A DNA stretch of 53,945 bases from Pseudomonadota bacterium (GTDB lineage Bacteria; Pseudomonadota; Alphaproteobacteria; Caulobacterales; Hyphomonadaceae). Below are positions 18,472 through 27,555 of this stretch, one piece after another. The stretch's first letter is position 1. Each line of letters begins with the position of its first letter. The stretch is from positions 1-53,945 of the forward strand of contig JBCCTK010000001.1 of the NCBI GenBank assembly GCA_039198685.1, written 5' to 3'. The translations under genes were made by a program, and so were the position numbers. Under the pieces are notes generated by a model. The model had not been told where the DNA came from and did no database searches. It saw only the letters and a list, made by a program, of their open reading frames with translations.

Positions 18472-21156
18472 ATGTCGGGTTGGAGATGGGCTGCCGGTGC
18501 GGCGCTGGCGGCATCTTTTTGGGTGGACGCTTCGTTTGCCCAGGGGATTGAGCAAACCAAAGGCGATTTTGAAGACAAATTCCGTCAGCTTGATGAAGTC
18601 CTGCCAACACCGAATATCTACCGAACGGCGTCTGGGGCGCCCGGCTTTGGCTACTGGCAACAGCGCGCTGACTACTACATTGAAGTTGAACTGGATGAAG
18701 AGGCCCGTCGCCTGACCGGTGAGGCCCGGATCAGCTATACAAACAATTCTTCGGACACGTTGCGTTACGTCTGGCTGCAACTCGACCAGAACCGCTTCGA
18801 TACTGACAGCATGTTCAACACCACCGCCACATTTGGCGGCGATATGAGCGGAGCGGGACAAACCACATCCTCACCGGGCAGTTCGGGTGGCCCACGCTTG
18901 AGCTTGAGCACGCTGGCTCGCATGCAGACCATGGACGATGTGGATTTCGGCTATGACATCACCTCCGTTGAGGACGAAAACGGCCAGGAGATGGACCGAA
19001 CTATTGTCGGAACGCTGATGCGTATCGATCTGGATGAGCCGCTTGCGCCGGGCCTCTCCTTGGATTTCTCGATTGAATGGGAATACAATCTGGTTGACGG
19101 CGACAGCATGTCAGCGCGCTCGGGCTATGAGCACTTTCCAGACGATGACCGTGAGGGTGGCAACGACATTTTCCTCGTCGCCCAGTGGTTCCCCCGAATG
19201 ATCGCCTACAGCGACTATGAGGGCTGGCACAACAAGGAGTTCCTCGGTCGCGGTGAATTCACGTTGGAATTTGGTGATTACCGGGTCGAGATCACCGTGC
19301 CCAACGACCATATCGTTTCGTCAACCGGGGTCTTGGAGAACCCGGAAGACGTCTTGACCGATGAGCAGATCGAGCGTCTGGAAGCGGCTGAAACAGCTGA
19401 TAAACCGGTCTTGATCGTGACGCCTGAAGAGGCGCTTGAAAACGAAAGCTCCAACCCCACCGGAACAAGTACCTGGGTCTTTGAGGCCGAGAATGTGCGA
19501 GATTTCGCATGGGCCAGCTCCCGGAAGTTTGCCTGGGATGCCCAGGGTTTCCAACAGCCCGGCGCGGAATATGAGACGGTAATGGCCATGTCCTTCTGGC
19601 CGAAGGAGGGTGGCGAGTTGTGGGAGAAGTATTCCACCCCGGTCGTGATCCACACGATGGATGTCTATAACCGGTTCGCCTTTGATTATCCCTATCCCAC
19701 CTCACAGTCGGTTAACGGCCCCGTTGGTGGCATGGAATACCCCATGATCACCTTCAACGGACCGCGCACCACGCTCCAGGACGACGGCTCTCGCACTTAC
19801 ACCATGTCGGAGAAGGTGTTCCTTGTTGGTGTGATCATCCACGAGATCGGGCACATCTATTTTCCGATGGTCGTCAATTCCGATGAGCGCCAATGGACCT
19901 GGATGGATGAGGGGCTGAACAGCTTCCTGGACAGTGTTGCGGGCTATGAGTGGGACCCGGATATGCCTTGGGGCCGCTCGCTGGCGCGCGACATGATCCC
20001 CTACATGACCTCCACCAACCAGGTGCCGATCATGACCAATTCCGAAAGCGTGCTCCAACTGGGCCCCAATGCCTATGGCAAACCATCGGCGGCGCTGCAC
20101 GTGCTGCGTGACACGATCCTCGGCCGCGAGCGTTTTGATTTTGCCTTCCGCGAATATTCGCGGCGCTGGAAGTTCAAACGTCCCACGCCGGCAGACTTCT
20201 TCCGCACCATGGAAGAGGCGTCTGGAACCGATCTGGATTGGTTCTGGCGGGGTTGGTTCTACACAACCGACCACGTCGATATTTCGATTGACCGCGTCTA
20301 CCAACTGCGTCTCGATACCGAGGATCCCGACATAGATTATGCCCGCGCGCGCCAGCAAGAGGCAGACAAGCCGACACCGGTTGGTGTGACCTTGAACGCC
20401 CAGGATGGGCTGGCGCCCTGGGTCGAGCGTAACCCCGATGTCATAGACTTTTACGACGAGAATGACATCTTCACGGTGACGAATAAGGAGCGCAACGCCT
20501 ATCAGAGCTTTCTCGATGGGCTAGAGCCGAACGAGCGCGCGACCTTCGCCCGTGCGATCCAGGAAGACAAAGCCTATTACGTGTTGGAGTTTTCCAACCA
20601 TGGCGGGCTGGTGATGCCGATTATCCTGGGGCTTGAGTTTGCCGACGGCACCATGGAGAAAATGTACATCCCGGCCGAGATCTGGCGTCGCAATCCACGC
20701 CATGTACGCAAGCTCCTGGTGTTCGATCAGGGCACGGAGCTCAGCCAGGTCGTGCTCGACCCAGATTGGGAGACTGGCGACTCCAATATCGAGGACAATC
20801 ACTATCCCCGCCGCTTTATTCCATCGCGCGTTGAGGCCTACAAGTTCCAGCGGAGTGGCAGCTACATGCGCCGCGACATCATGCAGGACATCAAGACCGA
20901 GCTCAGCACGGACGAAGACACCGTGGCCGGCGACGGGGGGGAGGGCGATGAGACAGAGCAGGACGCAGCGCCTGAAGGTGACGCGGTCGATGCCCAAGCC
21001 CTAGAACCAGAACGGGCCGAGGCTGAAGAGCTTCAAGCGGAGCAGATCGCCACCGAAGCGGATACCGACACCAACACAAACATCGACAGTGACACCGAGG
21101 CTGTCGTTCAGGAAGAGGCCGATGATGCCGAGACCCAGGAGAGCGAAGAAGAATGA
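18472..21156 (+). CDS. M1 family (gluzincin) metallopeptidase, secreted, with an acidic low-complexity C-terminal tail
   Basis: Signal peptide MSGWRWAAGAALAASFWVDASFAQG after an AAGGAA RBS. HEIGHIYFPMVVNSDERQWTWMDEGLNSF is HEXXH plus the downstream E. The last ~85 aa are D/E/T-rich. Confidence 0.9.
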   Translation: MSGWRWAAGAALAASFWVDASFAQGIEQTKGDFEDKFRQLDEVLPTPNIYRTASGAPGFGYWQQRADYYIEVELDEEARRLTGEARISYTNNSSDTLRYVWLQLDQNRFDTDSMFNTTATFGGDMSGAGQTTSSPGSSGGPRLSLSTLARMQTMDDVDFGYDITSVEDENGQEMDRTIVGTLMRIDLDEPLAPGLSLDFSIEWEYNLVDGDSMSARSGYEHFPDDDREGGNDIFLVAQWFPRMIAYSDYEGWHNKEFLGRGEFTLEFGDYRVEITVPNDHIVSSTGVLENPEDVLTDEQIERLEAAETADKPVLIVTPEEALENESSNPTGTSTWVFEAENVRDFAWASSRKFAWDAQGFQQPGAEYETVMAMSFWPKEGGELWEKYSTPVVIHTMDVYNRFAFDYPYPTSQSVNGPVGGMEYPMITFNGPRTTLQDDGSRTYTMSEKVFLVGVIIHEIGHIYFPMVVNSDERQWTWMDEGLNSFLDSVAGYEWDPDMPWGRSLARDMIPYMTSTNQVPIMTNSESVLQLGPNAYGKPSAALHVLRDTILGRERFDFAFREYSRRWKFKRPTPADFFRTMEEASGTDLDWFWRGWFYTTDHVDISIDRVYQLRLDTEDPDIDYARARQQEADKPTPVGVTLNAQDGLAPWVERNPDVIDFYDENDIFTVTNKERNAYQSFLDGLEPNERATFARAIQEDKAYYVLEFSNHGGLVMPIILGLEFADGTMEKMYIPAEIWRRNPRHVRKLLVFDQGTELSQVVLDPDWETGDSNIEDNHYPRRFIPSRVEAYKFQRSGSYMRRDIMQDIKTELSTDEDTVAGDGGEGDETEQDAAPEGDAVDAQALEPERAEAEELQAEQIATEADTDTNTNIDSDTEAVVQEEADDAETQESEEE

Positions 21157-21644
21157 TCCGCGCGCTGATCGTGGCACTGTGTTTGGTGGGCTTGCCCAAC
21201 GGGCTTGGCAATGCCCATGAGCAACGCTTGGCAACCACTGAAGTCTTGTTCAATGCGCGGTCAGGCTTCGTGGAAGTGGCTCACCGCTTTTCGCTCCATG
21301 ATGCAGAACATGCCGTGGCACTGGCCGAAGGCGAGCGGCCGGAGCTGTTAAGCGATCCTGTCGCGCGCGCGGCGTTTGCCAGCTATATCGGTTCGCGCTT
21401 TGATCTTGTCGGCGCATCAGGAGAGGCCCTTGCGTTTGCGGTGCTCGGGACCGAAATCGATGGTGGCTATATATGGATTTACCAGGAAGCACCGATGCCC
21501 AGTTCAACCACCGGCTTCTCGGTTCGCCATGGCGCGTTGCATGAGATCTGGCCTGATCAACGCACATTCGTCACGATCCGCCAGGGAGACCAGTCGGCCT
21601 CACTGGTGTTTGAGGATGATGTCACGTTGCCGGTGTTATTCTAG
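21153..21644 (+). CDS. Hypothetical secreted protein (resembles DUF6702-type proteins), translationally coupled to the M1 peptidase
   Basis: The ATGA overlap with the peptidase stop. Signal-like MIRALIVALCLVGLPNGLGNA, then HEQRLATTEVLFNARSGFVEVAHRFSLHDAEHAV. The family assignment is from memory and is not verified. Confidence 0.55.
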   Translation: MIRALIVALCLVGLPNGLGNAHEQRLATTEVLFNARSGFVEVAHRFSLHDAEHAVALAEGERPELLSDPVARAAFASYIGSRFDLVGASGEALAFAVLGTEIDGGYIWIYQEAPMPSSTTGFSVRHGALHEIWPDQRTFVTIRQGDQSASLVFEDDVTLPVLF

Positions 21645-21647
21645 ACG

Positions 21648-22265
21648 CTATTGGCTGACCCATACAATCCGAGCGAGCCATTGAATCTCTTCGGGTTTGA
21701 ACACCAAGGTCTCGAAGTCTGGATTCAACGACAAAAGTTCCACGCGCCGTTCTGACTGGCGGCCGAGTTGTTTGGCCATGACTTCCCCGGAACTGGTTTT
21801 GGCCACAACGCGGTCCCCCCGGCGCAGCGCGGCGCCCGGCGCAACAATAATCCTGTCTCCTGGCCGAAAGGCAGGTTGCATGCTGTTACCGGATATCTCC
21901 AATGCATAGACCGCTTCATCGCCGAGGCCGGGAAACCGCACCTCGTCCCAACCTTCGCCCTCAGGAAAGCCTGCATCGTCAAAGAAGCCGTCTCGGCCGG
22001 CTTCGGCAAACCCCAAAAGGGGGGCGCTCGGCCCGCGCCGACCTGCCACAATGGCAGCGAAATCATCAACTCCGGCGCCAACGGCCTCAAGGGCGGCGGC
22101 CAGGCTTTCCGTTGATGGCCATCGCGGGCGTCCATCACGCGCCACCCGTTTCGAAGGATTAAAAGCGGTCGAATCCAGACCCGCCAAACGCGCCAATCCC
22201 GATGGAGTCAGCTTGTTTTGCTGCGCCAGTCCGTCTATGCCGCGCCAGATATCCTGATGACGCAT
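21648..22265 (-). CDS. HTH + S24 peptidase (LexA/phage-repressor-like) protein
   Basis: N-terminal HTH LTPSGLARLAGLDSTAFN. C-terminal S24 dyad context ISGNSMQPAFRPGDRIIV and GEVMAKQL. GGAGG RBS. Confidence 0.75.
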   Translation of the reverse strand: MRHQDIWRGIDGLAQQNKLTPSGLARLAGLDSTAFNPSKRVARDGRPRWPSTESLAAALEAVGAGVDDFAAIVAGRRGPSAPLLGFAEAGRDGFFDDAGFPEGEGWDEVRFPGLGDEAVYALEISGNSMQPAFRPGDRIIVAPGAALRRGDRVVAKTSSGEVMAKQLGRQSERRVELLSLNPDFETLVFKPEEIQWLARIVWVSQ

Positions 22266-22308
22266 TTGGGTGTTTTACCTCCAGTTTCGTCTTGCTTAAT
22301 CGCCATTA

Positions 22309-22332
22309 ATAGGAATATCAACCTATCATAGG
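22309..22332. promoter_or_regulatory. Operator-like palindromes upstream of the HTH-S24 gene
   Basis: ATAGG (22309-22313), CCTAT (22322-26), ATAGG (22328-32): ATAGGAATATCAACCTATCATAGG, 45-65 nt upstream of the start at 22265. Confidence 0.25.
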
Positions 22333-22450
22333 ATGTGAGGCCGCTAGATTCATCCCTTGGGGGAAAACACGTACGGATAGGGCCAGGTAGGCTGGATTAC
22401 GCCTGCGAAGATAGGCATGTGCGGAAGGCATCAAACAGGAAGTCTGCACC

Positions 22451-23479
22451 ATGTTCATCTCTGACCTTGCAGCCGGAATGGCTAGAATGCTCCCGCCGGA
22501 GACAGCGCACACGTTTACGATCAAAGCCTTGAGGCAAGGCGTTGGTGTGCCCTCGCACGCGCCCCATCGGCGCTCGCTGGCCGTGAAACTGCCTGTGTCT
22601 GGCCTGGAGTTGGCCAATCCGGTCGGGCTTGCGGCGGGCTTCGACAAGAATGCCGAAGCCTTCCAAGCCATGCTGAACTACGGCTTCGGCTTTGTCGAAT
22701 GTGGAACGGTGACGCCGCGCCCTCAGGCTGGGAACCCTAAGCCGCGCCTGTTCAGGTTGGTTGAAGACCGCGCTGTCATAAACCGTATGGGATTCAACAA
22801 TGACGGTCTTGAAGCCTTCGCCTTGCGGCTCTCCCGGCGTCAAACGGGCCAGGGCATTGTTGGCGCCAATGTCGGCGCCAACAAGGACTCCGAAGATCGC
22901 ATTGGCGACTACGTAGCAGGCATGACAGCCGTCTGGTCCCATGTCGATTACATCACCCTCAACATCTCTTCGCCGAATACGCCTGGCCTGAGGGGCCTTC
23001 AGGACAAAGGCGCGCTGGAGGATCTGCTTGGCCGCTGTGGAGAGGTGGGACAGGCGCTGCGGTCTAAACTGGGTTTCATCCCGGTTTTCCTAAAGGTTGC
23101 ACCGGACCTGGACGACACGGCCATCGCCGAGATTGCCGACGTGGCCATGGCGGCGCCCTACCTCCATGGCCTGATCGTGTCGAACACCACGCTGGCGCGG
23201 CCTGACACTCTGAAGAGCCGATATGCCAGTGAAACGGGTGGGCTCTCCGGCGCGCCTTTGATGGCGATGAGCACAGACGTGCTATCGGCCTTTTCCTCGG
23301 CAGTTGATGGTCAGCTGGACCTGATCGGCGTGGGCGGGATATCCAGCGCGCAGGACGTGCGGGCAAAGCTTAAGGCAGGTGCGCAGGCTGTTCAGCTGTA
23401 TAGCGCCCTCGCTCTTAAAGGCCCAGGTCTGGTCAGGCAGATTCTGGATGATCTGACGCTTGGGGAAGTCGCCGGATAA
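22451..23479 (+). CDS. pyrD: Dihydroorotate dehydrogenase (quinone), class 2
   Basis: 342-aa ORF: GLAAGFDKNAEA, GFGFVECGTVTPRPQAGNPKPRLFRL, NRMGFNN, NISSPNTPGLR, GVGGISS. Confidence 0.95.
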   Translation: MFISDLAAGMARMLPPETAHTFTIKALRQGVGVPSHAPHRRSLAVKLPVSGLELANPVGLAAGFDKNAEAFQAMLNYGFGFVECGTVTPRPQAGNPKPRLFRLVEDRAVINRMGFNNDGLEAFALRLSRRQTGQGIVGANVGANKDSEDRIGDYVAGMTAVWSHVDYITLNISSPNTPGLRGLQDKGALEDLLGRCGEVGQALRSKLGFIPVFLKVAPDLDDTAIAEIADVAMAAPYLHGLIVSNTTLARPDTLKSRYASETGGLSGAPLMAMSTDVLSAFSSAVDGQLDLIGVGGISSAQDVRAKLKAGAQAVQLYSALALKGPGLVRQILDDLTLGEVAG

Positions 23480-24755
23480 GCCGGGGCCAGTGGAGCGCAA
23501 GGGCGCCGGCACGGTATGCATAGTTCAGCAAGAATGCGGTCCAGACGCCTGCATTGCCATAACTGTCCCTTAGCAGCAGGTCCGTCGACAAATATGCGAC
23601 CATGGCCAGTAGGGCGGCATTTCGGATCGCTGGGCCCTGTGTGGTGCCGAGAAACACACCATCGATTTGCCAGGCGGCTACGCCGACAAGGGGCACAGCG
23701 GCGCACCATGGAAGGTAGGCAAGCGCCGCATTCCGTGCGGATGGGTCGATGATAAATGTCTCGATAACCCATCCACCGCCGAGCCAGAACGCCATTGAAA
23801 ACACAAAGGCGAGGGCCACGGCGATTTCGCTGGTGATCTGTATGGCGCGGAACAGGGCGCGCCGGTCTCCCGCGCCATAGGCTGCGCCGGCCTCCTTTTC
23901 CGCAACGAACGCAAAGGCATCGAGAACGAATGCCGCCACGGCGATGAATTGGAGCAGGACCTCATTGCCCGCAAGCGCGGCCGTACCCTGGCGCGCACCG
24001 GAATTCACGAACCAGGCGATGGAGGTCAGCAAGGCCAGTGTTCGCACCATGATGTCTCTGTTCGCTGAGAAAAGCGCGCTCAAGGCGGTGCGATCGAGGA
24101 GGCGAGTTCGCGGCCCAAATCCATCGCGCACCGCCCATAGCCCGAAGCCCAGTGCGACCCATTCCGCAATAGCTGTGCCCGCACCAATCCCGGCTGGGCC
24201 CCAATCAAGTACGGCAACGAATCCGGCGTCCAAACCGGCATTGACACCGTTCATGACAATCTGGAAGGCGAGCAGCGCACGCGTTCGACCTGTACCGATG
24301 AGCCAACCGGTGACGACAAAGCCCATCAGGGCCGCCGGCGCACCCCAGATGCGCGCATAGAAATACGACGCCGCCAGCGCCTCCACGTCTGCCTCGGCCT
24401 GGAATAAAGTCAGGGCTAGTCGCGAGACCAGGGGGAAGGTCAGCAAGATGACGAGGCCCAGGCCGCCTCCCATCGCCAACGCCCGCAACAAGATGGCCCG
24501 CACCTCCGGCAGGTTACCCGCCCCTTCCGCCTGGGCTGTGAGGCCCGTTGTGGCCATGCGCAGGAAACCAAACCCCCAATAGAGAAAGCTGAACACGACG
24601 GCGGCCACGCCCACCCCAGCCAAGTCCGATGCATCTCCAAACCGGCCCATGACAGCTGTGTCGACAATGCCCGTGGTGGCTGTTGCGGCCTGCGCCAGAA
24701 CAATCGGCCAAGCCAGCGCAAGGGTGCGCCTGCGCGTGAGAGGTGCGCTGCTCAT
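23433..24755 (-). CDS. MATE family efflux transporter (DinF-like)
   Basis: 440-aa, 12-TM pattern: LALAWPIVLAQAATATTGIVDTAVMGRFG. The 3' end overlaps the pyrD 3' end by 47 nt (convergent). Confidence 0.85.
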   Translation of the reverse strand: MSSAPLTRRRTLALAWPIVLAQAATATTGIVDTAVMGRFGDASDLAGVGVAAVVFSFLYWGFGFLRMATTGLTAQAEGAGNLPEVRAILLRALAMGGGLGLVILLTFPLVSRLALTLFQAEADVEALAASYFYARIWGAPAALMGFVVTGWLIGTGRTRALLAFQIVMNGVNAGLDAGFVAVLDWGPAGIGAGTAIAEWVALGFGLWAVRDGFGPRTRLLDRTALSALFSANRDIMVRTLALLTSIAWFVNSGARQGTAALAGNEVLLQFIAVAAFVLDAFAFVAEKEAGAAYGAGDRRALFRAIQITSEIAVALAFVFSMAFWLGGGWVIETFIIDPSARNAALAYLPWCAAVPLVGVAAWQIDGVFLGTTQGPAIRNAALLAMVAYLSTDLLLRDSYGNAGVWTAFLLNYAYRAGALALHWPRLIRRLPQASDHPESA

Positions 24756-24901
24756 TCCAATGCGCTTAGCGTGAAATGGGGCTGAATAGAATGGGCTTGG
24801 TCGAAAGGCAGCCCTGCACCCAGGCGCGGTGCATAAAGATCGCGCGGGCTGCCTTCGTTGCGCTGGATGGGGGGCTGCATATCCAGGCCGGTTTGACGCG
24901 G

Positions 24902-26290
24902 TTACTTGTCAGCCTTGGATTCGCGTTCGCGCGCCTTACGCAGCCTTCGCACCCGGTCGGCCTTGCCCGTGGCGACGAACCAGAAGATCTGCCAGGCCTC
25001 TCCAATGGTAAGGCGGGGGTTTGGTCGAGCTGTACCCACCTTTTCCTTACTGGCAACTTTGGGCTTCCTGCGCTTACGCCGCCGTTTGGGTTTGTCTTCT
25101 TTTGGTGGCGCTTCTGCCGGTGATGCTTCATCCGGCAAGCGCGGGGCCTCGCCATGGTAGAGGCTTAGATCTTCCTCGCCGCCAACATGCTCATGCTGGG
25201 CGGGCACATCCTCACAGCCTTCGCAGACATTGGCGAGCAGATGCTCGTCGGAGAAGTCGATGGCCAATTCAACCCAGAGCGGGATATGGTCTGACATCTG
25301 CCAGGTCATCCAGCGCTTGTGGAAGTAGTCCTTGTCTTTCCCCGCATCCTTTGGCGCGCCGTCATGCTTCAGGTCCCGGTGGCGAGCCGGCAAGACCGAA
25401 GCGTAGTGAGTATAATGCTCACGCTTGAACAGCGAGTTTGTAAAGTTGAACGCACCGGCGGAGAGGAAAGTGACCTCATCCTTTCGAGTCCGAAAGGCGA
25501 TCTGGTCATAATATTTTGTACCCAGGATATTTGAAGGAAACAGTTCTGGTGGGAGGATGAAACCGGCCTTGGTGAGGGCGGCCATGGTCTCGTCCATGGT
25601 GTTTTTGATATTGAAGTCGCCCAGTAGAATATAGTTTTCGTCTTCGCGGTCCGCTCGTTTGGCCATCTCTTCGGCAATGTACTCAATCTCATTGACCCGC
25701 CGGCGATAGCCCTCCGAGTTTTTTGAGTTGGAGCCAAAGTAAATGTGGACGGTGCAGAGCGAGAATTTGAACCAACCCGCCTGGAAGCAGACCAGGAACG
25801 GTGTGCGAGCAAACTGCTGTTCGTCCGGCAGAAGCGCGTGCTTGGGTAGAACGATTTCGCCCGCGACATTTCGGAAACTGACCTTGGACGTGTCATAAAC
25901 GAACGCCATGCGTTCCCGATTACCGCTGGCGCCAACAGTCACATCCGTGGAGATAAAGTCCCAGTCGGGTCCGAGCAGCCGAATGATCTGGCGCAGGGGT
26001 TCGAGGTCTTCGTTCACCTCCTGCAGCGCGCAGACATCGAAGGCGGCGATGATCTCCGCAATATAGAGAAGGCTTTCGCGCCGGCGCGGGCCGTGGCGGT
26101 ATTTGTTGTTGTCGAAGTCGCGCAGATTCCATGTGCCGATGATGATGGAGCCTTCGCGTGTGCGCCGTGGCACGCCGGTCGGAATAGGTTCGCGTAACTG
26201 GGCGCGCACATCCAGTAGCCGCCGCGAGACCCAATCGGATTCTGCCTCGCTGAAAAGGCGTCGATTGCGCAGGTCGCGGTAAAAGACCAT
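24902..26290 (-). CDS. Endonuclease/exonuclease/phosphatase (DNase-I-like, EEP) family protein with a basic disordered C-terminal tail
   Basis: IIIGTWNLRDF, VCALQEV, ILLGDFN and SDHIPLWVEL are EEP catalytic motifs. The tail contains KEDKPKRRRKRRKPKVASKEK and RVRRLRKARERESKADK. Confidence 0.75.
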   Translation of the reverse strand: MVFYRDLRNRRLFSEAESDWVSRRLLDVRAQLREPIPTGVPRRTREGSIIIGTWNLRDFDNNKYRHGPRRRESLLYIAEIIAAFDVCALQEVNEDLEPLRQIIRLLGPDWDFISTDVTVGASGNRERMAFVYDTSKVSFRNVAGEIVLPKHALLPDEQQFARTPFLVCFQAGWFKFSLCTVHIYFGSNSKNSEGYRRRVNEIEYIAEEMAKRADREDENYILLGDFNIKNTMDETMAALTKAGFILPPELFPSNILGTKYYDQIAFRTRKDEVTFLSAGAFNFTNSLFKREHYTHYASVLPARHRDLKHDGAPKDAGKDKDYFHKRWMTWQMSDHIPLWVELAIDFSDEHLLANVCEGCEDVPAQHEHVGGEEDLSLYHGEAPRLPDEASPAEAPPKEDKPKRRRKRRKPKVASKEKVGTARPNPRLTIGEAWQIFWFVATGKADRVRRLRKARERESKADK

Positions 26291-26349
26291 CTCCGAATCC
26301 CTTCCTCATGCATTCTGCACGGGCTGGGTTAGGGTTTCCTTTGGCTTGG

Positions 26350-26904
26350 TTAGCGATTGGTTAATATCCGCCACTCGCCGGGCGCCAGCCCATCAAGCGT
26401 CCAGTCGTCGACCGACCATCGTATAAGCCGCAAGGTGGGGTGTCCGACAGCAGCGGTCATGCGCCGGACCTGGCGGTTTCTGCCTTCAGTGAGCGTCAGT
26501 TTGATCCAGTGATCGGGAACAGATTTCCGCACGCGGATAGGCGGTGTTCTTGGCCAAACCCATTCAGGAGTGGAAATCAATGCGGCTTCACAGGGTCGCG
26601 TTTCGCCATCCTTAAGTGTGATGCCGGACGCCAACTGTGCGAGCGCATCTGCCGATGGAATGCCTTCGACCTGGGCGCAATAGGTTTTCGGCTTTTTGAA
26701 TTTGGGCGAAGAGATCCGCGCCTGCAATGCACCATTATCGGTTAAGACCAATAGGCCTTCGCTGTCCCGGTCCAGGCGGCCTGCAGGATAGACGCCGGGT
26801 ATGTCGATGAAATCAGAAAGCGTTGCCCGGGGGCTGCCTTCTGCATTCTTATCGGTGAATTGGCTCAGCACGCCGAAAGGCTTGTTGAAGAGGATGACCG
26901 TCAT
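26350..26904 (-). CDS. rluE: 23S rRNA pseudouridine synthase E (RsuA/RluE family)
   Basis: [39 protein letters not shown] and [24 protein letters not shown] align closely with E. coli RluE as I recall it. Confidence 0.8.
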   Translation of the reverse strand: MTVILFNKPFGVLSQFTDKNAEGSPRATLSDFIDIPGVYPAGRLDRDSEGLLVLTDNGALQARISSPKFKKPKTYCAQVEGIPSADALAQLASGITLKDGETRPCEAALISTPEWVWPRTPPIRVRKSVPDHWIKLTLTEGRNRQVRRMTAAVGHPTLRLIRWSVDDWTLDGLAPGEWRILTNR

Positions 26905-26982
26905 ACCAGCGCCCTAGCATGGCTTGAAGCTGTGCGGCGAGAGGTTAGCTTTGCGCTTAAACCGCTGATTCTGGAGCCCCCC

Positions 26983-27420
26983 ATGCGCTACTGGCTGTTC
27001 AAGTCCGAACCTTTCAAATGGAGCTGGGATCAGCAGAAAGCCAAGGGTGAGGCGGGTGAGGAGTGGGACGGCATTCGAAACTACCAGGCCCGCAACAATA
27101 TGCGCGAGATGAAGATTGGCGACCGTGGCTTTTTCTATCATTCCAATGAGGGCCTGGAAGTCGTCGGTGTGGTCGAAGTTTCAGCCGAGAGCGCCCCAGA
27201 CAGCACGACCGATGATGCGCGCTGGGATTGCGTCCACATTCGCGCCCTGGTCGATGTGCCCGAGCCCGTCACGCTCAAGGCAGTGAAAGCAAGTGAAAAA
27301 CTGTCTGAGATGGCCCTGGTGACCAGCATGCGCCTCTCGGTCCAACCCGTATTGGAGGATGAATGGATGGAAGTCTGTCGCATGGGCGGGCTGGATGGCA
27401 AAACACTCACGCCGCTTTAG
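26983..27420 (+). CDS. EVE domain protein
   Basis: MRYWLFKSEPFKWSWDQQ...WDGIRNYQARNNMREMKIGDRGFFYHSN is a typical EVE/PUA-like signature. ATG at 26983 after GGAG. The longer track ORF (26860) would overlap rluE. Confidence 0.8.
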   Translation: MRYWLFKSEPFKWSWDQQKAKGEAGEEWDGIRNYQARNNMREMKIGDRGFFYHSNEGLEVVGVVEVSAESAPDSTTDDARWDCVHIRALVDVPEPVTLKAVKASEKLSEMALVTSMRLSVQPVLEDEWMEVCRMGGLDGKTLTPL

Positions 27421-27555
27421 CGTAGCATTGTTCCATTCTGGCGCTTCGGAAACACGTATGTGAGCCCAAGCAGTCTCCCCGATGTGATCACCAGGACTTC
27501 CCCGCTTGACTGACCTTGGGCCATGGCGTGCCAATGGCCGCAAACGGAGGATACA

